A stretch of DNA of 64,000 nt, taken from NCBI GenBank assembly GCA_963422645.2, contig CAXXVO010000004.1, forward strand, positions 448,001-512,000, given 5' to 3'. This document shows positions 1-9,603 of this stretch, one piece after another. A program made the translations under genes and the position numbers. This stretch comes from Alphaproteobacteria bacterium (GTDB lineage Bacteria; Pseudomonadota; Alphaproteobacteria; UBA828). Under the pieces are notes generated by a model that worked only from the letters and a program-made list of their open reading frames with translations, ran no database searches and was not told the origin of the DNA. Every line of letters begins with the position of its first letter. The first letter of the stretch is position 1.

Positions 1-338
1 GAAAGGAGCTTCTCCAGGCGCGTCACTTCAGCCTGCAGGGAAAGCGCGTCCTTCGCCGTGCGGCGGACTTCCCGCGTCTCCTCAACCGCCGCCTTCAGCT
101 TGCTCCGGCTCCTGTCGAGCTGCCACTTCAGGGAACCCGCCCGGGCACGGGAACCCACCTCCGCCCAGCGCAACTCTTCGCAGCGCGCTTCGGCCGCGTC
201 CGCACGCGCCCGTTCCCGCTCCGCGCGGGCGTGCTCCCGCTCGTACTCCGAACGCCAGTCTCGCGGCGCGCACGCCGGTGCTGCATCGGAGGGCGACCAG
301 ATCCCGTCGCCACCTTCAACCAGCGTCAGGTTGCGCAA
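1..338 (-). CDS. N-terminal coiled-coil part of a probable IS66-like transposase (runs off the window edge)
   Basis: Hand translation from TTG at 338 (GAGGA upstream): MRNLTLVEGG...RDWRSEYEREHARAERERARADAAEARCEELRW...LQAEVTRLEKLL, open to position 1. A possible element end GTATTCGG lies at ~412 on the minus strand. The catalytic domain is not visible, so the family call rests on recalled similarity only. Confidence 0.4.
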   Translation of the reverse strand, partial: MRNLTLVEGGDGIWSPSDAAPACAPRDWRSEYEREHARAERERARADAAEARCEELRWAEVGSRARAGSLKWQLDRSRSKLKAAVEETREVRRTAKDALSLQAEVTRLEKLL

Positions 339-457
339 GAATCCTCGTCGCGAACCGCCATGCGCTCGACGATAGCGCGTGGCGTTCCGTGTTACCAGCC
401 CCCTCCGAATACCGGCAGACTCGGACCCACCGGCGAGTCGTAATCCAGGAGGCCCCG

Positions 458-1426
458 ATGCACGAAGACGTGCTCCGCAGCTTCAATCGAGTACTTGGCC
501 CTGGCTTGGCGGCGGTACAGCAGCACTTCATCCATGTCCTCATGCTCAGGGCGTGGCGCGAAGATAGTGCCGCAGATCGGATAGCTTCGATTGATGCGGT
601 CGATCTGCCCAATGCGATGCGTATCGTGGACTACCTGGTGTCGGCCAGATACGTACCGAGGCTGGCGAGCGACCGTCGGACCCTCGCAGACAACATGCCC
701 GGAGCCGGGGAAAGTCCGAAGGCGGTATATGCCGCCGAAGAGCGGCTCGATTGCAAGCTGAGAGACGTGCTCAGGTCGGTGGAGCGGGAGCTGACACCAT
801 ACGAGAGGAACGTGCCGATCGAGTTCATCTCCGCTCCGCTCGAGGGCAGGGCCGCCTATCAGGACTGGCTACGACAACAGCTCGAACACCCATGCGACCC
901 GGTGAAGCGAGAGGAATTGGCAGAACCGGCAAAGCTCAGCCTCGACTCGCTCTTCGCAAACCTCATGGTAATGATCGATCAGACACTCGTGCACGCCTTC
1001 GTCCATTGGCACGGAGGCGAACGCGGTCTGGCGGACTCGGTATGGGAGATGAGTGGTGCAGCCATGATGCACGCGGCCGGTATAGCCAACTCGCTGGCGC
1101 ACCGCCATGTTGCGCCCGATCCGACTCGTGCGGTGAACGAGGACAACGTGGCGTTGCCCTGCGTGGCTACGGCACCATCCAACGCATTGGTAAGTGATCA
1201 TTTGCTTGCCGAGCGGTGTTTCGCCGCGGCGAAACGGGCCGCCATCGCCCAACCGGAAGCGGACCTCGAGGACGCTTGCCGCGAAATCGAGACCTACTAT
1301 GGTGAACTCGTCTGCTGGCGACCGGGCCGGAAGCTTCCCCGGCTCGACAACCCCTGTGTCGACTTCAAGCGGGTTCTTCGCAAGTACGTATGGAGTGGGT
1401 GCAGCGGGTCGGCATCGTCGGCGTAG
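458..1426 (+). CDS. Tandem two-domain bacterioferritin-like (ferritin superfamily) protein
   Basis: AGGAGG at 447-452 before ATG 458. Two segments (GLAAVQQHFIHVLMLRAW...DLPNAMRIVDYL; LMVMIDQTLVHAFVHWHGG...AAMMHAAGIANSL) follow the Bfr helix A/B pattern (ELxAINQYFLHARM...DEMKHA). Confidence 0.55.
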   Translation: MHEDVLRSFNRVLGPGLAAVQQHFIHVLMLRAWREDSAADRIASIDAVDLPNAMRIVDYLVSARYVPRLASDRRTLADNMPGAGESPKAVYAAEERLDCKLRDVLRSVERELTPYERNVPIEFISAPLEGRAAYQDWLRQQLEHPCDPVKREELAEPAKLSLDSLFANLMVMIDQTLVHAFVHWHGGERGLADSVWEMSGAAMMHAAGIANSLAHRHVAPDPTRAVNEDNVALPCVATAPSNALVSDHLLAERCFAAAKRAAIAQPEADLEDACREIETYYGELVCWRPGRKLPRLDNPCVDFKRVLRKYVWSGCSGSASSA

Positions 1427-1771
1427 CCAGTTGGCCGGAGATCTTGCCAAGCGATTCCAGCCCCGGTCTGGGCGGGTCCGGCCCTGCGACGGAGTGACGG
1501 ACGGGCATGGGCGGGCGTGCACGGGGCCCCGAAGCCCCAGACTCTTCCCAAAGAGGTCTGGATCATCCCGCCGGCCACAGCAACGACCCCACGGCCTGAT
1601 CACAAAATCCCAACCGTCGCTGTCTCAATGTCGTTGACAGGTTCCGACTTGCCGGCATCCATCACGACGTGAAGCGTGATGCCGATGGTGCGCCCGTCAC
1701 GGGCTGACGGAACATTTACCGAGCCGGAGCGACGCGCAGGTGGAAGCTTAACAACAGCCGGGGCTGCACGG

Positions 1772-4245
1772 CAATGGCATTCATTTGGCGCGAAGATTGT
1801 TCCGGGGTTTTTTTGGTGGTGTCGTAACGAGTTGATTTCTTGTGTGGATTGTCGGTCTCGGCGTTTCCCGCACGAGGGGGATTGACCGGCGGCGTGTGCT
1901 TTGGCACACTGTGGCTGTCCCCCTGTCAGTGGAGCCGGCCCATGGACCCCCGCATCACCGCGCTGAAGTCGACGACCTTTTTCGGCAGACGTCTGACCCG
2001 CCGGCAGATTGCCGACATCCAGGAGACGGTGGCGCTGTTTCCGGCGATCAGCCGCAACGAGCTCGGGCACACGATCTGCGAGCATTTGAACTGGCGCGCG
2101 CCGAGCGGGCGGAACCGTGTCGCGGTCTGCCTGCGGATGCTGGAGGAGTTGGAGCGGCTGGGCATCCTGACCCTGCCGGCGCGGGACGAGGCGCAGGTGC
2201 GGGGGCCGCAGGAGGCGATGGCCCGGAGCGAGCGGACGGCGCCGGCCGCGGCGATCGCGGAGGACCTGGCCGCGCTGATGCCGCTGCGCCTGTCGATTGC
2301 GGCGGGCAAGGAGGAGGGCGGGCTGTGGAACGAGTTCGTCGCGCGCCACCACTATCTCGGGCTGCATCGTCTGGTCGGCGCGCATCTGCGCTATTTTCTC
2401 CTGGACCGCCACGGGCGGCCTCTGGGCTGCCTTCTGTTTGCCCGGGCGTCGCGCACGCTGCCCTGCCGCGACGAGTGGATCGGGTGGCCGGCGGAAGGCT
2501 TCCGCAAGCACCTCGATCTGGTCGTGGGTCACACGCGTTTCCTGATCTTTCCCTGGGTCCGGGTCGACAACCTGGCGTCGAAAGCGCTGTCGATGGCGCT
2601 GCGCCAGCTGCCCGGCGACTGGGAGGCGCGCTTCGGAGCGCGCCCGGTTCTGGTGGAGACCTTCGTGGACCCCAGCCTCTTCGACGGCGCCTGCTACCGC
2701 GCGGCCAACTGGCGCTGTCTCGGCGAGACCGGGGGCGGCAAGGGCAAGACCCGCAAAAGCGTCTACGTCTACCCGCTGACGCCGGACTTCCGCTCGATCC
2801 TGCTCGAAGGCCCGCGGCCGGCGCGGCGCGGGAACAGGACACGGCCGGCAGCGCTGGCGCCGGACGATCCCTTCGTGGCGCTGTGGCAGGACCTGATCGG
2901 TGCACTGGCGGCGGTGGCCGCCGATCACGACCGGGTGTGGCAGAGCCGCCGGCGGGTCCTCGACACCCTTCTCGTCATGCTCTTCATCTTCCGGCTGGCG
3001 TTCTCGAACGGCCGCGCGGGCTACGCCACGACGCTGGCCGGGCTGTGGGAGCAGTGCCGGGTCCTGGGCGTCGCACTGCCGCAGCCGGCGCCGGTCTCGG
3101 CCTCGGCGATGTGCATGGCGCGGGCCAAGGTCGACGAGGCGGTGTTCAAGACGCTGCACGCCGAGATCCTCAAGCGCGCCGACGGCCCGGCCTGGAAGGG
3201 CCACCGCGTGTTCGCGGTCGACGGCTCCAGGCTCAACCTGCCGCGGCCGCTGCTCAAGGCCGGCTACCGCACGCCCTCCGAGGCGGCCCACTACCCGCAG
3301 GGCCTGCTGAGTTGCCTCTACCGGCTGCACGCGAACATCCCGGTGGACTTCGACCTGGTCGCGCACGGCGACGAAAGAAGGGCCGCCCTCGCCCACCTCA
3401 AGGCGCTCTCGGCCAACGACATCGTGGTCTATGACCGCGGCTACTACTCTTGGGAGATGCTGCACGCCCATGTCGCCCGCGGCCTGCACCCCGTGTTCCG
3501 GATCAAGAAGAAGGCAGGCGCCGCCCTCGACGCCTTCATCGCCGACGGCCGCACGGACGCGCCGATCACCGTCGCTCCCGGAAAGGACACCCTGAGAAAG
3601 CTGCGCCGCAAGACGCCGCACGTCGACGCCACCCCGCTGCGCCTGCGACTGGTCCGCTACCGCATCGGCAGCACGGTCTTCATCCTCGCCACCACCCTCC
3701 TCGACCCCAAGGCCTGGAGCGTCGCGGAACTGGCCGAGCTCTATCACGCGCGCTGGGGAATCGAGGAACTCTACAAGACCTCGAAACAGGCCATGGCCGT
3801 CGAGGCCTTCCACAGCCAGACCGAGCGCGGCGTCCGCCAGGAGCTCTTCGCCCACTTCAACCTCATCGCCATGACCCGGCTCTTCACCAACCGCAGCAAC
3901 GCAAGCCTCGACGCCGAGCGCCCTGCCGACGGCAAGCCGGCGATGAAAGCCAACTTCAGCAACGGCCTCGCCACCGTCGCGCGCAACCTCGAAGCGCTGC
4001 TGCTGCGCCATACGGCGATGGTCGCCGAAACCCTCAGCCATGTCCTCTCCTGCATCAACCAGGCGCGTCAGCGCCCGCGCCCCGGCCGGTCCTGCGAACG
4101 CAGGTCGCGCAAACCCCGCGGCAAGTGGGCACGCGCAAAGCGGGCCGTCGCCTGAACACCTGAACGACAGAAACGCACGCAACCGACAGCGCAAGAACAC
4201 GACTCCTTAAGTGAACAGTCGAAAACCGCTAAGTGAATGCCATTG
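1772..4245 (+). mobile_element. IS4-family insertion sequence, 2474 bp
   Basis: Terminal IRs CAATGGCATTCATTTGGCG / CAATGGCATTCACTTAGCG (17/19). 10-bp direct repeat GGCTGCACGG at 1762-1771 and 4246-4255. Confidence 0.93.
1942..4155 (+). CDS. IS4-family DDE transposase with N-terminal DUF4338/DruA-like domain
   Basis: The N-half has DUF4338-type motifs (HHYLG, RDEWIGW, RFLIFPW, ETFVD, CYRAANW). The C-half has DDE motifs AVDGS, YDRGY and the IS4 YREK signature YHARWGIEELYK. The start could be slightly upstream. Confidence 0.88.
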   Translation: MDPRITALKSTTFFGRRLTRRQIADIQETVALFPAISRNELGHTICEHLNWRAPSGRNRVAVCLRMLEELERLGILTLPARDEAQVRGPQEAMARSERTAPAAAIAEDLAALMPLRLSIAAGKEEGGLWNEFVARHHYLGLHRLVGAHLRYFLLDRHGRPLGCLLFARASRTLPCRDEWIGWPAEGFRKHLDLVVGHTRFLIFPWVRVDNLASKALSMALRQLPGDWEARFGARPVLVETFVDPSLFDGACYRAANWRCLGETGGGKGKTRKSVYVYPLTPDFRSILLEGPRPARRGNRTRPAALAPDDPFVALWQDLIGALAAVAADHDRVWQSRRRVLDTLLVMLFIFRLAFSNGRAGYATTLAGLWEQCRVLGVALPQPAPVSASAMCMARAKVDEAVFKTLHAEILKRADGPAWKGHRVFAVDGSRLNLPRPLLKAGYRTPSEAAHYPQGLLSCLYRLHANIPVDFDLVAHGDERRAALAHLKALSANDIVVYDRGYYSWEMLHAHVARGLHPVFRIKKKAGAALDAFIADGRTDAPITVAPGKDTLRKLRRKTPHVDATPLRLRLVRYRIGSTVFILATTLLDPKAWSVAELAELYHARWGIEELYKTSKQAMAVEAFHSQTERGVRQELFAHFNLIAMTRLFTNRSNASLDAERPADGKPAMKANFSNGLATVARNLEALLLRHTAMVAETLSHVLSCINQARQRPRPGRSCERRSRKPRGKWARAKRAVA

Positions 4246-4758
4246 GGCTGCACGGAGGACGGCACAGCATTTCGCATCTGATACGTCGCTTACGTCGCGA
4301 CGTTGGTCAGCGCGCAGATTGGACGCTGGTAAGCATCATAACCCTTTGAGTTTACTGAAGTTGATGGGGTCAAGGTTGAGCGCGGAACAACACCCAGACA
4401 GACAAGGGGCCATAGGTGGCGCATTTTTTTGCACCGCCGCGACCGGACCGCCCGGCCGCTCCGCGTGGTGCATTATTCCAACGCCGGTAACAGGCGCGGC
4501 GAGGAAAACCCGGCATCGGCTCGATCGGCACGACCAGGATACCGACGGGCGTGGTGTGGCGCGGGCTCTCTTGATTGAATGACATCGCCCTCGGTACAAC
4601 ACTGCAAATCGGCAATGTGGACACTTGAAAGGCCGCAGGTGCGAGGAAGGCGTCACCCAGTCTGGTCAACTAAAGCCTGGCTTGACAACGCCTCGCGCCG
4701 ACGTGCGACCGGCACCGAGCACAATCCGTACAACCACAAACGAATGTGGGACCCTACG

Positions 4759-7238
4759 ATGAGAATAATCCTCATAGCGCTCGCCGTGGCTGCCATGCTC
4801 GCGGCGGGTCAGGTCCGTGCCGGCGCGCTGGCGCCGGCCCCGCAGATCATCGCCGAGTACGACCGCAGCTTCATTGAGCGCTCCGGCGCCCAGACGTTCG
4901 GCGAGATGCTCGACACGGGCATCATCCGCTACTTCTTCACCGGAGGGCGCGACCTGCTCATCATGTTGAACGGTCGGCCCTACGCGACGACCGCGCACAA
5001 TCTGGACTCCCTCCCGCTCTCGGCGGTCGAGCGCATCGAGGTGCTGAGAGGCGAGAGCCTGGGGACGATCGGCGGCCACGCCGCGGTACGTGGCGCATTC
5101 AACCTCGTGCTGAGAAAGGATCTGGACGGCTTCGACGTGCGCTCGGTCGCCAGGATGCCGAGCCAAGACGGCGGCGACGCGCGTCAGGGCAGCGTCGTAT
5201 GGGGCGGCGCGATCGGCGATGGCGGACACATGACCATCGGCGTCGACATCCTCGACCGCCAGGAGATCACGGGCAGCACCCGCGAGCACAGCCGCTCGGA
5301 TTGGACGGAGGGCGGGAGCTTCGCCGAGGCGAAAAACGTGAGCGTCGGCGGCAACACGGTCTACGTCTTCGATAGAAGTGAAGGCGCGCTGAGGACGGTG
5401 CCGCTCGGCACATGCGACCCGGCGCACGGCTACACCGGCCCGCTCAGCAACCCGCCGGGGATCGACTCGGGCGACAAGGGCTGCGGGTTCGCCTACGGCG
5501 ACTTCTGGTGGGACAGCGCGAGCTACGACCAGAGAAACGCAATCCTGAGCCTCGACCACCCGCTCGGAGAGCACACCGAGCTCCACGTGGACGCAAACGT
5601 CACGGACGGAAGCTCGGCCTTCCGCTACGCACCGTCGGTCGATGTCTTCTCCGCCTCCCCGAGCGAGAGCCTGCTCAACGCAATCAACGCATCGGCGCGC
5701 AACGCCGACCCGGTGTTCGAGGCGACGGGAGAGGATGTCTTCGCGGTCGGGCACCGTTTCATCGGACATGGCAACCGGGATTGGAGGACGAGCACCGAGG
5801 AGTACGACGTCTCGGCAAGCGTCAAGGGCCGGTTCAGCGAAGGCCTTGGCTACGACGCCCTCGTCAGCGCCTTCAGGTTCGACGGCGCGGTGAGAGGCGA
5901 TACCTTCGTGGACGCCGCGAAATCATCGGGCAAGAGATCGAGGCCGGAAGGTACGACCTGACCGATCCGCTGTCGGTGGAATCGGACCACCTCGAAGCGA
6001 TCAAGAGGAGCAGCCTACGCGAGGAGGAGGACCTCGGTTCGCGATATCTGGGCGCGCGTCTCGCGCTCGAGGGCGCCGGGCCGGGCATCGGCGGGCGCGA
6101 CTCGGCATGGACTGCGGGGGTCGAACTCGCCGACGTGGAGGCCCACAGCCGGCTGGCGTTCCGGGCGAGAGACGGCCGGACCCTCGACGTAAATGGCGTG
6201 CTCGGGTCGGGCGGCACCAGCTACGCCGGCGAGCGCAATGCGGCTGGAGCCTTCGCCGAGGCGTCCCTGCCCCTCGCCGACCGCGTGGATGTGAGAGCCG
6301 CAGCACGGGCCGACGAGTACGACGACGTCGGCGGGCTGCGCGCGTGGCGCCTCGGGGCCGAGTACCGCCCGATGGACATCGTGACGCTGCGCGGCTCGTT
6401 GAGCACGGGCGATAAAGCGCCCTCGATGCACCATCTGCACAGCACCGCATCGCAGGACCACCCCTATGTCCGTTGCGTCCCGGAGAGTGGACCGCCGCCT
6501 CGCACGTGCGACACGGCGAACTACCGGCAGGTGACCCGTCTTACGAGCGGCAACCCCGAACTCGAGCCGTCGGGATCGGGGAGGCGCTCCATCGGCGCCG
6601 AGGTCCGCAGGGGGCCATTCTACCTCGTCGCCGACTGGTACTGGCTCACGACCTCGGAGCTGCCGGGGCAGCACGATGCCACCTGGGCGATACTCAACCA
6701 CCCCGAGTGTCCGCCGGGCGGCGGCGGCAGCTGCATCGCGCGCGCGGCCGGAGACATCACCATCCACGATAGCTTCGCGAACATCGTCAAGACCGAGATC
6801 TCGGGAGTTAACACCAGGTTCGGAGCCCGCGCGGAGACCGGCTGGGGCTTCGTCGCAATGCGTGGGTTCTGGCGCTACGTCACCAGCAGCGAGGAGCACA
6901 TCGCAGGCGAGGAACGGCCGTACCCGCTCCCGCGCAACGCCGTGCGCATCGTGACCTCGGTCGGGCGCGGCGACCTCACCGCTTTCTGGGCCGTGAACTA
7001 CCGCGATGAGATCGAGAGCCGGTGGGGCGACGGACGGTTCAAGTCCTGGACCGGCCACGACCTGACCCTCGACTGGAGAGCACCGCTTGGCCTCGAAGAC
7101 ACGCGGGTAACCGCGGGCGTGTACAACGTCACCGACGCGAAGCTCTCCACCAACACCGCGAACCCCTCCGCGACCGACGGACCCACCGCAGCCGGCTGGG
7201 GGCGCACCTTCTTCCTCACATTCAACATGAGGTTCTAA
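4759..7238 (+). pseudogene. TonB-dependent receptor, split by a 1-nt frameshift at ~5920
   Basis: Signal peptide, plug motif (LDSLPLSAVERIEVLRG), barrel strands, GNPELEPS and a C-terminal Phe (GRTFFLTFNMRF). ORFs 4579-5961 and 5412-7238 join at GCG AAA TCA TC, where one A is missing. Confidence 0.85.
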
Positions 7239-7350
7239 GCAGGGAGCGCGCCCACCCACTTATCCCCGCCAGCTCTGTCCCGTTTCCGAAGTTTATTCCC
7301 AAATTGTCGGGCCGGTGGGAGGTCTTTCCGACCGAGCCTCTCTTACACGT

Positions 7351-7445
7351 CGTCATGCCCGGACTGGTTCCGGGCATCTCCTTCCGTCAGGCCAGCCCGT
7401 CGCTGGGCAAACGCGTGGATGGCCGCAACAAGTGCGGCCATGACG
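7351..7445. repeat. REP-like doublet palindrome (CGTCATGCCCGG...GGCCATGACG)
   Basis: Two hairpins inside terminal CGTCAT/ATGACG. It lies between convergent genes and is homologous, in inverted orientation, to 49402-49487. Confidence 0.8.
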
Positions 7446-7481
7446 TGGTCGGGGAGTCGTAGGCGTGGTGCAAGTTGCGGG

Positions 7482-8111
7482 CTAATCTCCCCCGCCGCCG
7501 CCGTCGACCGAAGGCACGGCCTCGGCCGGCTCGACGAAGCTCGGCTCGGCCTCAGGCGGCCGGGCCTCGGCGCCGACGGCTTCGTCCGCTTGCGCCTGAG
7601 CCTGCGCCGCCTGCTGCTGGCGGTTGCGATAGAGGGCCATGAAGTCGATCGGCGCGAGCATGAGCGGCGGGAAGCCGCCGTCGCGGGTGACATCGGCGAC
7701 GATGCGCCGCGCAAAGGGGAAGAGCAGTCGCGGGCACTCGATCAGCAGCGCCGGCTGCATCGCATCCTGGGGGATGCCGATGAAGGTGAAGACCCCGGCA
7801 TAGCTGAGCTCCACCAGGAAGACGGGCCGCCCCTCGTGCTGCGCGTGGGCTGTAATCTGGAGGACGACCTCGAACTCGGTCTCGCTCTGCCTGCGCGCCT
7901 CGACCTGAACGTTGATCGTGATCTGCGGCGAGCGCTCCGCCTCGGCGGACCGGTTTGCCCCGGTCGGATTCTCGAACGAGAGGTCCTTCACGTATTGGGT
8001 TTGGATTCCGAGCTGCGGCCGTACGTCCTGCGCGCCTTGGGTGCTGCCTGCGCCCGCGGCGCCGGCCGGCGCGGGTGTGGGGGTTCCTGTGCCGGTCTCG
8101 TCAGCCGTCAT
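7482..8111 (-). CDS. secB: Protein-export chaperone SecB
   Basis: QYVKDLSFENP, ECPRLLFPFARRIVADVTRDGGFPPLMLAPIDF. Confidence 0.96.
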   Translation of the reverse strand: MTADETGTGTPTPAPAGAAGAGSTQGAQDVRPQLGIQTQYVKDLSFENPTGANRSAEAERSPQITINVQVEARRQSETEFEVVLQITAHAQHEGRPVFLVELSYAGVFTFIGIPQDAMQPALLIECPRLLFPFARRIVADVTRDGGFPPLMLAPIDFMALYRNRQQQAAQAQAQADEAVGAEARPPEAEPSFVEPAEAVPSVDGGGGGD

Positions 8112-8596
8112 CGCTCTTCTCCTTGGGGGCGCACGTGGGGGGGCCCGGGTTTGGGTGTCTCGTCGAGCACCGTGTATTCGCCGTCGATGACCCGCCCGTC
8201 CCCGGCAGCCGATGCCGGGCCGGCATCGGAATCGCCGTAGCGGGCCTGAGGCGCAAAACGGGCCAGCAGGCGGCGCAGGAGACTACGGCGAAGCGGCGGC
8301 AGCAACAACAGGGTCCCCAGCGCGTCGGTGAAGAAGCCGGGCGTCAGCAGCAGCACCGCCGCCATTGCCAGCGCCGCGCCCTCGGCCATCTCGGCCACCG
8401 GAAGCCGGTTCGCCGCGAGCTGCTGGCGCGCCCGCGCCAGAGTCTGCAGGCCCTGCCAGCGCAGGATCAAGCCGCCCACCACGGCGGTGCCGACGATCAG
8501 CCCAATCGTCGGCCACGTTCCTATGACGCTCCCGACTTCGAGGAAGATGAAGATCTCGCCGACGGGAATCGCCAACAAAAGCAGCAGGAGGGGCAT
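8108..8596 (-). CDS. fxsA: FxsA family membrane protein
   Basis: PVGEIFIFLEVG, LLLTPGFFTDALG and VIDGEY motifs; overlaps the secB start. Confidence 0.92.
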   Translation of the reverse strand: MPLLLLLLAIPVGEIFIFLEVGSVIGTWPTIGLIVGTAVVGGLILRWQGLQTLARARQQLAANRLPVAEMAEGAALAMAAVLLLTPGFFTDALGTLLLLPPLRRSLLRRLLARFAPQARYGDSDAGPASAAGDGRVIDGEYTVLDETPKPGPPHVRPQGEER

Positions 8597-8796
8597 AAAG
8601 GCGGTGTGCTCCGTGCTTGCGCTCGCGCGGCGCTCTACCTATCTTGCATTGTGTCGGCTCCCCGCGCCGTGCTTCGGCGGGACCGTCGCTCGCGCCGGGG
8701 TCGCCGGCGAGCGCCGCTGACGGGGACCCGAGATTCGGTGGCCGTATTCGGCAGCCATTGTGCGACGGAACGCCGCCTGCCCACAAGGTTCGGGAC

Positions 8797-9603
8797 ATGT
8801 CCGACGGATTTCAGTTCTACGACATCATTTTCTTCGCGCTGATCGCGATCTTCATCATCCTGCGGTTACGCGGCGTTCTCGGGCGGCGGACCGGCCAGCA
8901 GCGCCAGCGCCATCCCGACCGCTTCGCCCGAACCGAGCAGCCCCCCGAGGAAAGCCAGGGCCAGGGGCCGAGCCAAGGCCAGGGCGAAGTCGTCCAGCTG
9001 CCGGATCGCACCCGGCCCGCGCGCGAGGCGCCCCAGGACGTGATGGCGGAAGACGTGATGGCGGAAGACGTGGCGCCCGAGCCCGCCGCGCCGCACCCGA
9101 TGCGGGCCGCGAAGCACGAGGCGGCGCCGGAACAGGACGATGCGATCGGCGGCCTCAGAGCAAGCCTCGAGCAGATCAAGCGGGCGGACCACGAATTCTC
9201 GCCGCGCCAATTCGCAACCGGTGCGCAGGCAGCCTTCGAGATGGTGGTGGAGGCCTTTGCCAACGGCGATACGGCGACGCTCCGCCCCCTGCTGGGCGAC
9301 GATGTGTATGACGAGTTCGCGGCGGCCATCCGCGACCGCATGGCGGAGGGGCACAGTCAGGAGACCACCATCGTGGCCCTCGACGCGGCCGAGATCATCA
9401 GCGCCGAGATGCGCTCCAGCACCGCACGGGTGACGGTGAAGTTCGTGAGCCAGCAGATCAACGTGGTCCGCGACAAGGATGGCGAGGAGGTCGGCGGCGG
9501 TTCCAGCCTGATCGAGCGGGTTACCGACATCTGGACCTTCGCCCGCAACACCCGCTCGTCCGATCCCAACTGGGCGCTGATCGAGACCAGCATCCCCAAT
9601 TGA
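8797..9603 (+). CDS. Tim44/TimA family adaptor protein
   Basis: DIIFFALIAIFIILRLRGVLGRRTG; C-terminal DIWTFARNTRSSDPNWALIET; divergent from fxsA. Confidence 0.9.
   Translation: MSDGFQFYDIIFFALIAIFIILRLRGVLGRRTGQQRQRHPDRFARTEQPPEESQGQGPSQGQGEVVQLPDRTRPAREAPQDVMAEDVMAEDVAPEPAAPHPMRAAKHEAAPEQDDAIGGLRASLEQIKRADHEFSPRQFATGAQAAFEMVVEAFANGDTATLRPLLGDDVYDEFAAAIRDRMAEGHSQETTIVALDAAEIISAEMRSSTARVTVKFVSQQINVVRDKDGEEVGGGSSLIERVTDIWTFARNTRSSDPNWALIETSIPN
9037..9072 (+). repeat. In-frame 15-bp tandem repeat (DVMAE x2.4) in the Tim44 linker
   Basis: GACGTGATGGCGGAA repeated twice plus GACGTG. Confidence 0.8.

Noticed and set aside
1600-4200. 866-aa minus-strand ORF, and similar long antisense ORFs (9357-11555, 15320-17647, 53004-54608)
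   Set aside because: These are shadow ORFs opposite recognisable genes, expected in high-GC DNA, and show no family motifs.
4417-4433. Sigma-54-like TGGCGCA-TTTTTTT-GCA upstream of the TonB receptor
   Set aside because: GG-to-GC spacing is 11 rather than the required 10; it would fit only if the T-run is miscalled.
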